Shown here piece by piece: positions 10,050 through 19,510 of a DNA stretch of 64,000 bases. The number at the start of each line of letters is the position of its first letter. The stretch's first letter is position 1. This DNA is from an uncultured Methanoregulaceae archaeon (GTDB lineage: Archaea; Halobacteriota; Methanomicrobia; Methanomicrobiales; Methanospirillaceae). The stretch spans positions 128,001-192,000 of the forward strand of contig OY969564.1 of the NCBI GenBank assembly GCA_963701095.1, read 5' to 3'. The notes beneath the pieces were generated by a model. The model had not been told where the DNA came from. It did no database searches and worked only from the letters and a program-made list of their open reading frames with translations. Made by a program: the position numbers and the translations under genes.

Positions 10050-10706
10050 TCGTTTCTGAATCCCCCTGAAAAAATCAAGTTCGATTCGTATCTTTTCATC
10101 GATAATGTTGAAATACGTATCATCATTCTCGCGATAATAGTAATGCAGTGCACCTGCGATAAAATCGACCGCTTGTATACAAGGTTCGCATGCTGAATCT
10201 GTATGGCTGATTTGGATAACCGGCATCTGAAAATCACTTGTCGATTTTTTCTCCATTTCATCCATCGTTTTGAATACAACATATTGATTAAAGGCCTCTC
10301 GTTGGATGCCATTTAACGATTTATCAACAGTGATCTCTAAATCCCTCTCCTGACTATACCTTTGAACAATTTTTGAAATCATTAGCCCAGTCAAATAATT
10401 ATAGATAATCTGATGTTGTGTCCGTAAATGTGGACGAACCTGATTTTTACGAAGGACACAATAACAAACGTCTACGTTTGATGCTGCAATACACAAGAGA
10501 ATGCGTCTTTTGATTTCAGATCCCGAATTATTGAATTTAAATTCTGGCAGTTCATGATATTTCTTTTTAAGTTTGTTTTTTCTTAATTTAGCAAAGCAAC
10601 GATTGATTGCAAGCGGATCATGCACGATTAGTCCGGCTAGAATAAAGTACTTGGATGACTTCCCTGTGAAGCCCATATCCCCAGACTCGTCGATGTATAT
10701 CTTCAC
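10047..10706 (-). CDS. DUF3800 family protein
   Basis: N-terminal IYIDESGD and C-terminal IQAVDFIAG signatures. Confidence 0.85.
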   Translation of the reverse strand: MKIYIDESGDMGFTGKSSKYFILAGLIVHDPLAINRCFAKLRKNKLKKKYHELPEFKFNNSGSEIKRRILLCIAASNVDVCYCVLRKNQVRPHLRTQHQIIYNYLTGLMISKIVQRYSQERDLEITVDKSLNGIQREAFNQYVVFKTMDEMEKKSTSDFQMPVIQISHTDSACEPCIQAVDFIAGALHYYYRENDDTYFNIIDEKIRIELDFFRGIQKR

Positions 10707-11131
10707 TCGTATAATATGTAGATATCATCTACTATTAGGGGTTACGGTTTTTTTGAACTAAAAAAAACGATTATTAATCCGGCAGCATCATCTTACAGTC
10801 CGGGCAATACTGCCACGGGATCGCGCATGGTTTCTGCGCGTGTTGCAAAGATTATTTCTATTTCCAAAACCTATCAAATAACACGGAAAATTATAATTAC
10901 CCTCCATTTTCAAAATAGGGAATAATTTGAGGAAGTTACATGAATGGGCTAGCCCAATGCGAAACTCAGATACATCACATTCCTGCTCTTGAATACGATA
11001 GCAATTCTTCATCAGGGTATTTTGTAATGTTACCTGAAGATTACCCGGTTTATATTGCCTATTATGGTATTGCAGGATCGGACCATCTGGATGAACAGTC
11101 AACACTTTTAAAAATACTCATAATGAGTACA

Positions 11132-11231
11132 GTTGCACCTTATATGTGGGTACCATCTCCACAAGGAATGCAGGGACGCTTGATGCATTGATGGCAATGT
11201 TGCACCTTATATGTGGGTACCATCTCCACAA
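11132..11231 (+). repeat. Two identical 33-bp repeats separated by a 34-bp spacer (mini-array-like)
   Basis: GTTGCACCTTATATGTGGGTACCATCTCCACAA at 11132-11164 and 11199-11231. Confidence 0.9.
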
Positions 11232-11599
11232 CCACCACCTCAAATCTCTCTTTCTCTCACTCCATTTGGAGAAATCTTTTTAATTGGTTTCGGCTTGTTA
11301 GTGTTGCTTATTCTTGTCAGACGAAAGGGTTGATTATGTGTTTCCGATTCTATAGTGTTTAGGGTTGAAATATAATTCTTCCGATGTGAAAAATCCGAAA
11401 CCTTCATAGACGCAACATTGCTTTTCTGTTTATGCAAATAAAAGGAAAATATGGATGGCTCGTATCCTCCTTCTTTTAATTCAGATTAACAGATGAATTT
11501 GGTAAATATTGTTTACTTCGAATCCCACTCGTTATATTGGGTGGGATATAGACTATTGATTGCAAATTATTATCGTTTTGAATATTGTATAGCGAGTAT

Positions 11600-13802
11600 A
11601 TGATGCCATCCCCTTATTATGCCCATTCTACTGAGAAACAGGATAAGTCGGATTGGCAGCAATTGAAAACTCATTTAACGAATGTCGCTACCCTCACTCG
11701 GAATTTTGCGGACGACTTCAGTGCCGGTGACTTTGCATATGCCAGTGGGATCCTTCATGATATCGGAAAATACTCCCGCGATTTCCAGAAGCGTCTTGAA
11801 GGAGAAAAGATCTCCGTTGACCACTCAACAGCCGGTGCAAGAGAAGCAACCCGGTTATTCAAAGATGATCAGTATGCCGCGGGGCTGATATTTGCCTACC
11901 TTGTTGCCGGTCACCATGGGGGTCTGCTCAATTACGGGAGCGCTGAAAGTGGACTCTGCGAACGGTTGCAGAAAGAAAAAATCCCGGATTATTCTGTATA
12001 CCACACGGAGGTTTCGATTGACACGCAGGCAATCGGGCCTTTCAGGTTACGCCCCTCCCCGCATAAAACCGGCTTCTGTGTCTCATTCTTTACGCGGATG
12101 CTTTACTCCTGCCTTGTGGATGCAGATTCACTCGACACAGAAAAATTCTGTTTTCCTGAAAAATCTTCATCACGTGGGAACTACAAATCGTTTGAGATCC
12201 TGAATAAGAAATTCGAAACTCACATGCAGAAAATTAATTCCGGTGCGGAAGATTCACTCATCAACCGCGAGCGGAAAAATATTTTCGAGCAGTGCGTTCA
12301 GGCCGGCTCGTTTCCTCCCGGAATTTTCAGCCTGACAGTCCCGACCGGTGGAGGGAAGACGCTCTCCTCAATGGCATTTGCGCTTGAACACGTTAAGAAA
12401 AATAATCTCAAAAGGATCTTTTACGTCATCCCGTATACCAGTATTATCGAACAGAATGCCGATGTTTTCCGTGACATTTTCGGGTGGCAGAATGTGCTGG
12501 AGCATCATTGCAATTTTGATCCGGCAACGGTTGATACCGGAGACTTGGATACGGGAAAAGAATCTCTCCGGCTTGCAACCGAGAACTGGGATATGCCAAT
12601 CGTTGTCACGACCAATGTCCAGTTCTTTGATTCGCTCTTCTCTAACAAGAGATCCCGCTGCCGGAAACTGCATAACCTTGCAAAGAGCGTAATCATTCTT
12701 GATGAGGCACAGATGCTCCCAACCGGGTACCTGCTTCCCTGTCTTGCCGCATTGTCGGAACTTGTACGCAACTTTGGCGCAACGGTCGTGATTTGTACCG
12801 CAACACAACCGCGATTGGGTGATCTGCTTGACGAGAGGGTCCGGCCCAGAGATCATGCAGTCCCCGGATCAATTGTATGAAACCTTCCAGCGGGTACGGG
12901 TGACGAATCTTGGCCCGCTCAGCGATGCGGAACTTTCTGCCCGGCTGAAAGATCACCGGCAGATCCTGTGTATCGTGAATACCCGGAATCATGCAAAGAA
13001 ATTGTACAATGCGATCAAAGAGTCCGAAAATTGCTATCATCTCAGTGCCCGGATGTGCCCGGTCCATCGCAGGAAAAAGATCGCAGAGATCAAGAATCGG
13101 CTTCGCGAGGGGGAAGACTGCCGGGTCATCTCAACGCAGCTGATCGAAGCCGGTGTCGATATCGATTTCCCCGTTGTGTACCGGACAATGACCGGTATCG
13201 ATTCGGTTGCACAGGCTGCCGGCAGGTGCAACCGTGAAGGGAAATTGCCTGAGAAAGGGGAGGTCTACATTTTCAAATCAACGGAATCTTACGGAAAGGC
13301 GACTTCATGGCAGAGTCTCGTTGCAGAAATTGGCGAGATGACTCTTGCAGGATCGAATGACCCGCTCTCGCTCCCGACCGTAGCGGATTACTTCCGGCGT
13401 TTATATCACTACAAGGGAGATGACGGACTGGACGAGAAAAAAATCCTGCGCCAGCTCGAAGAGCGGTCTGGTGAACTTGCATTCCCGTTTGAGGATATCG
13501 CGGATAAATTTCAGATAATCGAGGAGGGGACTAAAGACCTGATCATACCCTATGGCAAACACGCCACGGAAACGATTGCAAAATTACGCGCAGCAGAATT
13601 TCCCTGGAAATTCGTACGGGAACTCCAGGGGTATTCAGTCAGTATCTATCCCAATGAATTCCGGAATATGGAACGGATGAATCTGATTGAAACGATTGGC
13701 GACCGGTTTTATGTATTGCGATCCTGTGAGGATTATTCCGATGAAACAGGATTGAAACTCCGGCAGTATACCGGTTACGATGGATCATTGTTGATTACGT
13801 AA
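11600..13802 (+). CDS. cas3: Cas3 HD nuclease-helicase (apparent frameshift near 12846)
   Basis: LHDIGK HD motif, PTGGGKT, IILDEAQ, QAAGRCNR; split over two overlapping ORFs. Confidence 0.95.
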
Positions 13803-13806
13803 GGAG

Positions 13807-14475
13807 GTGGTGAATATCGGATTTGGTATTAAACTCAAAGTCTGGGGCGACTACGCCTGCTTCACGCGCCCCGAGATGAAAGTCGAGCGGGTCAGTTACG
13901 ATGTGATGACCCCTTCAGCTGCCCGGGGGATTCTTGAAGCAATTTACTGGAAGCCGGCGATAACCTGGGAGATTGACCGGATTCATGTGATGAAGCCGGT
14001 GAAATTTGACAACATCAGAAGGAACGAAGTGCTGGGAAAGATTCCGCTTGCCCAAGTGAAAAGTGCTTTTTCAGGGAAAGAGGCGGTTCTCTTCAAGGAT
14101 TCAAACGATGATCGGGTTCAGCGTGCATCAATGGTTCTCCGCGATGTCGAGTATTACATTGAAGCCCACTTCAACATGACCGACAAAAAAGGACCCGATG
14201 ATACCATTGAGAAGCATTACAACATTGCCCTCCGCAGGATGCGGAAAGGTCAGTGTTTCCACCACCCGTATTTCGGGTGCCGCGAGTTCCCCGTTCAGTT
14301 CGAGTTCATTGAGGGAGAGATCCCCCTGTCGGATCTGAAAGGGAAAAAGGATCTCGGGCTCATGCTCTGGGACATTAATTTTGCCGACAACATGAACCCG
14401 GTTTTCTTCCGGGCGGAGATGAACGATGGCATGATCGATGTGCAGAAGTGCCTCAGGGGAGGTGTTCACTCGTGA
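13807..14475 (+). CDS. cas5: Type I-C Cas5 (Cas5c/Cas5d)
   Basis: VWGDYACFTRPEMKVERVSYDVMTPSAARG; HHPYFGCREF. Confidence 0.95.
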   Translation: MVNIGFGIKLKVWGDYACFTRPEMKVERVSYDVMTPSAARGILEAIYWKPAITWEIDRIHVMKPVKFDNIRRNEVLGKIPLAQVKSAFSGKEAVLFKDSNDDRVQRASMVLRDVEYYIEAHFNMTDKKGPDDTIEKHYNIALRRMRKGQCFHHPYFGCREFPVQFEFIEGEIPLSDLKGKKDLGLMLWDINFADNMNPVFFRAEMNDGMIDVQKCLRGGVHS

Positions 14476-16364
14476 TTGTCGAGTCCCTTGTCCGGTATTA
14501 CGATATCCTGGCAGCGGATGAGACAGTTAAGATCTCCAAACCGGGTTACAGCCAAGCAAATGTTTCCTTTGCGCTGGTTATCTCAAAGGATGGAGAACTT
14601 ACAAATATTGTCGATCTCCGTACTGATGGAAAGAAAAAACTTCCAAAGGTAATGACAGTACCCTTGCAAAGGAGTCGCTCTGGAAAGAATCCCCCACCAC
14701 GTTTCCTCTGTGACAAATGCGAATACATCTTTGGAATTGAGAGCTTGAAACCTGATGAATTCAGGAAAAAAATGGATGCATCGTCGCATGAGATCGAGAT
14801 TCTTGACCAAACTCAAAAATCTATGATTGTGGTTTCGCCACGATCTCGTGAATATTTCAGTAAGTTTCGAACACTCCATCATTCTTTGCTGGACCATCAG
14901 ACGGATCCTGAAGTTCAGATATTCCTTAAATTTATGGATGGATGGAAACCGGAATTATCACTACAGCATCCAAAAATTGCCGAATATGAGGAAGAAATTT
15001 TGGCGGGTGTATTCTTTGTCTTCGATATTGGAGGAAAATACATTCATCAGAACCCGGTTGTCCGACAGATATGGGAATCTCGCAATTCTCTATTAGACAG
15101 TACAGACTCAGTGGAATGTTCCCAGTGCCTTGTCACAGGTAAACATGAACCCATTGCCCGGACTCATCAGAAAATTAAAGGTGTCTATAATCCACAAGGT
15201 CAGATTTCCGAAATGTCTCTTGTTAGTTTTAATGATCCCGCTTTTGAATCCTATGGGAAAGATCAGAGTTACAACGCCCCAATCAGCGAATCGGCGATGT
15301 TCAAGTACACAACAGCACTGAATTATCTTCTTGAACGGGAGAGCAAGAACCGGATCCAGATCGGTAACACGACAACAGTCTTCTGGGCCGAAACCACGAA
15401 GAAAAACTGCGGGAATCTCGCCCGGTTCTTTATCGATCCTGTTGAGACCCCCGAAGAACCCGGTGAAACCAAAAGCGAAGTAAAAAAACAGGATCTCCAG
15501 ACCCGCCAGCTGGTCAACGATATCCTCCAGAAAGTCCGTACCGGGCAGCATCTGGAAGAAAAAGATCTTGGCGTGGACCCGGACAAAACAAAATTCTACA
15601 TTCTTGGTCTGGCACCGAACAATGCCCGGCTCGCTGTCCGTTTCTGGCATGAGGACAGTTTCGGGAATTTTATCGCCCGTGTTGCACGTCATCATCTCGA
15701 CATGGAGATCGAACGGGATGATCGCGGGCCACAATTTATCTCCGTGTACTGGCTCCTGAAACAGACCGTCCCCCAGAATTCCAGTGACAATGCATCATCG
15801 CCCCTTCTCGGGGGGCTCCTGATGCGTTCGATTCTTGAGAACACACTTTACCCGGTGCCGATGTACAACGCGATCCTGAACCGGGTGAAAGTCGAGCGAT
15901 CGATTAATTATGCCCGGGCCGGCTTCATCAAGGCCTGCCTGATCCGTCTTGCACGAACGAGAGGAAAACATGAAGAGGATATGATTACCGTGAGTCTGAA
16001 CAAAGAGAGCACAAGTGTACCGTACCGCCTCGGAAGATTGTTTGCGGTGCTGGAGAAAGCGCAGAGCGATACGAACAAGGAACTGAAGAGCACGATCACG
16101 AGCAAGTACTTCAGCAGTGCATCGACAACGCCGTCCGTTGTGTTCCCGGTCCTGCTGAAACTGGCCCAGCATCACATTGCCAAATCGGACTGGGGCTTCA
16201 AATCGAACCAGTGGATCGTGGAAGTGCTTGATGGCGTTGATAAATTCCCGGCGTACCTGAACCAGGAAGAGCAGGGGATGTTCATGCTCGGGTACTATCA
16301 CCAGAAAAAGGCGTTTTTCAAGAAGAAAGAGAACAGCGAGGAAAAGAAGGAGGAAGATCAATGA
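14472..16364 (+). CDS. cas8c: Type I-C Cas8c/Csd1
   Basis: LVSFNDPAFESYGK, LGLAPNNARLAVRFW, YRLGRLFAVLEKAQ, FMLGYYHQ. Confidence 0.95.
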   Translation: MIVESLVRYYDILAADETVKISKPGYSQANVSFALVISKDGELTNIVDLRTDGKKKLPKVMTVPLQRSRSGKNPPPRFLCDKCEYIFGIESLKPDEFRKKMDASSHEIEILDQTQKSMIVVSPRSREYFSKFRTLHHSLLDHQTDPEVQIFLKFMDGWKPELSLQHPKIAEYEEEILAGVFFVFDIGGKYIHQNPVVRQIWESRNSLLDSTDSVECSQCLVTGKHEPIARTHQKIKGVYNPQGQISEMSLVSFNDPAFESYGKDQSYNAPISESAMFKYTTALNYLLERESKNRIQIGNTTTVFWAETTKKNCGNLARFFIDPVETPEEPGETKSEVKKQDLQTRQLVNDILQKVRTGQHLEEKDLGVDPDKTKFYILGLAPNNARLAVRFWHEDSFGNFIARVARHHLDMEIERDDRGPQFISVYWLLKQTVPQNSSDNASSPLLGGLLMRSILENTLYPVPMYNAILNRVKVERSINYARAGFIKACLIRLARTRGKHEEDMITVSLNKESTSVPYRLGRLFAVLEKAQSDTNKELKSTITSKYFSSASTTPSVVFPVLLKLAQHHIAKSDWGFKSNQWIVEVLDGVDKFPAYLNQEEQGMFMLGYYHQKKAFFKKKENSEEKKEEDQ

Positions 16365-17212
16365 GCGAACCAATCAAGAACCGGTACGAATTTGTATTGT
16401 TATTCGATGTCGAGAACGGGAACCCGAACGGCGATCCCGATATGGGGAACATGCCCCGGGTCGATCCACAGACCGGCTACGGGATCGTGACCGATGTCTG
16501 CCTCAAGCGGAAGATCCGTGATTATGTTGACATGGTAAAAGAAGGGAAAGAGGGCTACGACATCTATGTGAAAGATGGTGTTGTGCTCAACGAACAGCAC
16601 ACAAAAGCATATGCTGCCCTCAAGAGGAAGCCTGACTCGAAGAAGCCCAAGGATGAAGAACTTACAAAATTCATGTGCCAGAACTTTTTCGATATCCGTG
16701 CTTTTGGTGCGGTCATGACAACTGATGTAAACTGCGGTCAGGTTCGCGGCCCTGTTCAGCTAAATTTTGCCCGAAGCCAGGACCCGATCTTCCAGCAGGA
16801 AGTAACAATTACAAGGCAGGCCGTGGCAAATGCGAAGGATGCCGAGAAAGGCCAGACAATGGGCAAGAAACAGATTGTCCCCTACGGCCTGTACCGTGTT
16901 GAGGGTTATGTATCTGCAAATCTCGCAAAGAAAACTACCGGCTTCTCCGAAGACGATCTCGCCCTGCTCTGGGAAAGTCTGGTCAACATGTTCGAGCACG
17001 ACCATTCTGCATCCCGGGGGAAACTCTCCGCAAGGAAACTGATCGTCTTCAAGCATGACAGCGAATTCGGGTGCTGCCAGTCTCACATCCTGTTCGACAA
17101 AGTGAAGATCGAGACGATCCCAAAAGATCTCCCGCCTCGCTCATTTGGGGATTACAAAGTCACCGTAGACAAGAACGTACCCAAAGGAGTAGAAATCATC
17201 GAAAAGTTATGA
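16361..17212 (+). CDS. cas7: Type I-C Cas7/Csd2
   Basis: NGNPNGDPDMGNMPR, FFDIRAFGAV, GQVRGPVQ. Confidence 0.95.
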   Translation: MSEPIKNRYEFVLLFDVENGNPNGDPDMGNMPRVDPQTGYGIVTDVCLKRKIRDYVDMVKEGKEGYDIYVKDGVVLNEQHTKAYAALKRKPDSKKPKDEELTKFMCQNFFDIRAFGAVMTTDVNCGQVRGPVQLNFARSQDPIFQQEVTITRQAVANAKDAEKGQTMGKKQIVPYGLYRVEGYVSANLAKKTTGFSEDDLALLWESLVNMFEHDHSASRGKLSARKLIVFKHDSEFGCCQSHILFDKVKIETIPKDLPPRSFGDYKVTVDKNVPKGVEIIEKL

Positions 17213-17895
17213 GCGGACTTCCCTACACCGATGACGAGCTGCTCTCGTTATCCGGTATCCAGCATTTTTGTTTCTGCAAGCGGCAGTGGGCGCTAATCCA
17301 TGTCGAGCAGCAGTGGCAGGAAAATCTCCGCACGCAGGAAGGGCGGTTCGTTCATGAACGGGTCGATGATCCATTCTTCAACGAGTCTCGGGGCGATATC
17401 GTCATCTCACGGGCATTTCCCTTGGTCTCGTATACGCTGGGACTGACCGGTATTGCGGATGTGATCGAGAATACCCGGTCGGATGCGGGAATCTCAATTC
17501 CGGATCATGAAGGCCTCTGGCTGATGAAACCCGTAGAGTACAAACGGGGAAAGCCGAAGATCGATGAGCGCGACGAGGTCCAGCTCTGTGCACAGGTAAT
17601 GTGTCTTGAGGAGATGCTCGGCATTCAGATTGACTCCGCCGATTTCTATTACAACGAAATCCGCAGGAGACAACATATTGCCATCACGGACGATCTGCGC
17701 AGCACGGTACGATCGCTGGCCGATGAAATGCATACGGTTTTCCGGAACGGGATTACGCCGGAAGCGGAAGCCGGGAAGAACTGTGCCCTCTGTTCTCTTG
17801 TCGATATATGTGTCCCGAAACTGACAAAGAAGAAAAGTCCGGTACGGAAATACATCGGGAGACATATCCGGGAGGCGTGCGCGCTTGACCAGTGA
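17209..17895 (+). CDS. cas4: Cas4
   Basis: QHFCFCKRQWAL, PVEYKRG, C-terminal CxxCSLxxxC. Confidence 0.95.
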   Translation: MSGLPYTDDELLSLSGIQHFCFCKRQWALIHVEQQWQENLRTQEGRFVHERVDDPFFNESRGDIVISRAFPLVSYTLGLTGIADVIENTRSDAGISIPDHEGLWLMKPVEYKRGKPKIDERDEVQLCAQVMCLEEMLGIQIDSADFYYNEIRRRQHIAITDDLRSTVRSLADEMHTVFRNGITPEAEAGKNCALCSLVDICVPKLTKKKSPVRKYIGRHIREACALDQ

Positions 17896-17946
17896 GTACC
17901 AGCCGCAGGTGGCCGGAATCCGATACCATCAACGAGAGAGGATGAA

Positions 17947-18978
17947 ATGAGAAAATTGCTCAACACTCTGTATGTCACGACACCCGACTCCTTCCTGCAC
18001 CGTGACGGCGAGAATGTTATCGTGAAGGTCGGTAGCGATGAGCGTTTCAGGATTCCCATTCATAACATCGAAGGGATTGTCTGTTTTGGCTACATGGGAG
18101 CGAGCCCCCAGCTGATGCAGTTGTGCACGGACAATAATGTCGGGCTTTCGTTTCTCACACCCTATGGAAAATTTATGGGTCGGGTGAATGGTCGCATACG
18201 GGGAAATGTTCTGCTCAGGCGCACCCAGTACCGTATTGCTGACGACTCAGGGGCCTCACTGGATATCGCCAGGTGTTTCATTACAGCAAAGATCGTCAAC
18301 TGCCGGACAGTTCTTGGGAGAAGCATCCGGGATCATGGCGATACAATCCGGTGCGAAACCATCAGGAATGCGGATAATCTCCTGATCGAGAACCTGTCGA
18401 AGATTGAGGAGTGTCCCAACGCCGATGCGTTGCGGGGCCTTGAAGGGAACTGCGCAAAATTCTATTTCGATGTGATGGACGAACTGATCCTCAAACAGAA
18501 AGATGCGTTCTTTGTCCGCGAAAGAAACCGGCGCCCTCCCCGAGATAATATGAATGCCCTTCTCTCATTTCTCTATACGCTCCTTGCCCACGATGTGGAA
18601 TCAGCACTGGAGACAGTCGGCCTCGATCCGTATGTCGGGTTCTTCCATACTGACCGGCCCGGACGGGCAAGCCTTGCGCTTGACATGATGGAGGAATTCC
18701 GGCCGTTTATTGCGGACCGTCTTGCGCTGAGCATGGTGAATCTCCAGCAGGTATGCAGGGAGGATTTCCTGCACAAAGAAGGTGGGGGGATCATCCTGAC
18801 CGACAAGGGACGCAAAGCCGTGCTGGGTGCGTGGCAGAAGAGGAAGCAGGACGAGATCACGCATCCGTACCTCAACGAGAAGATTGAAATCGGTCTTTTG
18901 CCGTATATCCAAGCACTGCTGATGGCCCGGTTTCTGCGCGGGGATATCGATGGCTACCCTCCATTCTTCATGAACTGA
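17947..18978 (+). CDS. cas1: Type I-C Cas1
   Basis: LLNTLYVTT, RGLEG, NALLSFLY, SLALDMMEEFR. Confidence 0.97.
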   Translation: MRKLLNTLYVTTPDSFLHRDGENVIVKVGSDERFRIPIHNIEGIVCFGYMGASPQLMQLCTDNNVGLSFLTPYGKFMGRVNGRIRGNVLLRRTQYRIADDSGASLDIARCFITAKIVNCRTVLGRSIRDHGDTIRCETIRNADNLLIENLSKIEECPNADALRGLEGNCAKFYFDVMDELILKQKDAFFVRERNRRPPRDNMNALLSFLYTLLAHDVESALETVGLDPYVGFFHTDRPGRASLALDMMEEFRPFIADRLALSMVNLQQVCREDFLHKEGGGIILTDKGRKAVLGAWQKRKQDEITHPYLNEKIEIGLLPYIQALLMARFLRGDIDGYPPFFMN

Positions 18979-18988
18979 GGTATCGATA

Positions 18989-19279
18989 ATGATGGTTCTT
19001 GTCACCTACGATGTAAATACGGAAACTCCGGAAGGTCGGCGAAGGCTCCGACAGGTTGCGAAAGAGTGCGTGAACTATGGGCAGCGGGTACAGAATTCCG
19101 TCTTCGAATGCCTTGTGGATCCCACCCAGTTTGCAAAGCTTAAACATTCCTTGAACGGGATTATGGATAAGGACCGGGACAGTATCCGGTTTTATTATCT
19201 GGGATCTAACTGGCAGCACCGGGTAGAACATCTGGGAAACAAGATCGGTTATAATCCTGAAGGGTTACTGGTAACCTGA
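18989..19279 (+). CDS. cas2: Cas2
   Basis: VLVTYDV, YGQRVQNSVFEC, DSIRFY. Confidence 0.97.
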   Translation: MMVLVTYDVNTETPEGRRRLRQVAKECVNYGQRVQNSVFECLVDPTQFAKLKHSLNGIMDKDRDSIRFYYLGSNWQHRVEHLGNKIGYNPEGLLVT

Positions 19280-19510
19280 TGACTGCGAACTGGGAGCTGC
19301 CATAGTCATCCCTGAAGGTTCGCGGAGAATTTTCGAATCTGTTATTTAATACTTTTTGGTGATTTCCCGAATTTATCGCGAATAATTCGGATTGAGAAGA
19401 GGCGAAACGTCCGGAAAATCCTGTGAAAGATCCAAAATTTTGAACCCGGTTTCTTGTTTAAGAAATGATTATCTGTTTATTCCACCATAAGAATGGTTAG
19501 CTAATTTGCA
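19280..19510 (+). promoter_or_regulatory. CRISPR leader
   Basis: AT-rich non-coding DNA between cas2 and first repeat; GCGAAC/GTTCGC inverted repeat at 19285-19323. Confidence 0.8.

Noticed and set aside
10788..11437. Short ORFs around the mini-array as a CreT-like toxin
   Set aside because: No recognisable family, RBS or rare-codon minigene I could support.
6588..11500. Diversity-generating retroelement at the tail fibre
   Set aside because: No reverse transcriptase and no TR/VR pair with adenine-specific differences.
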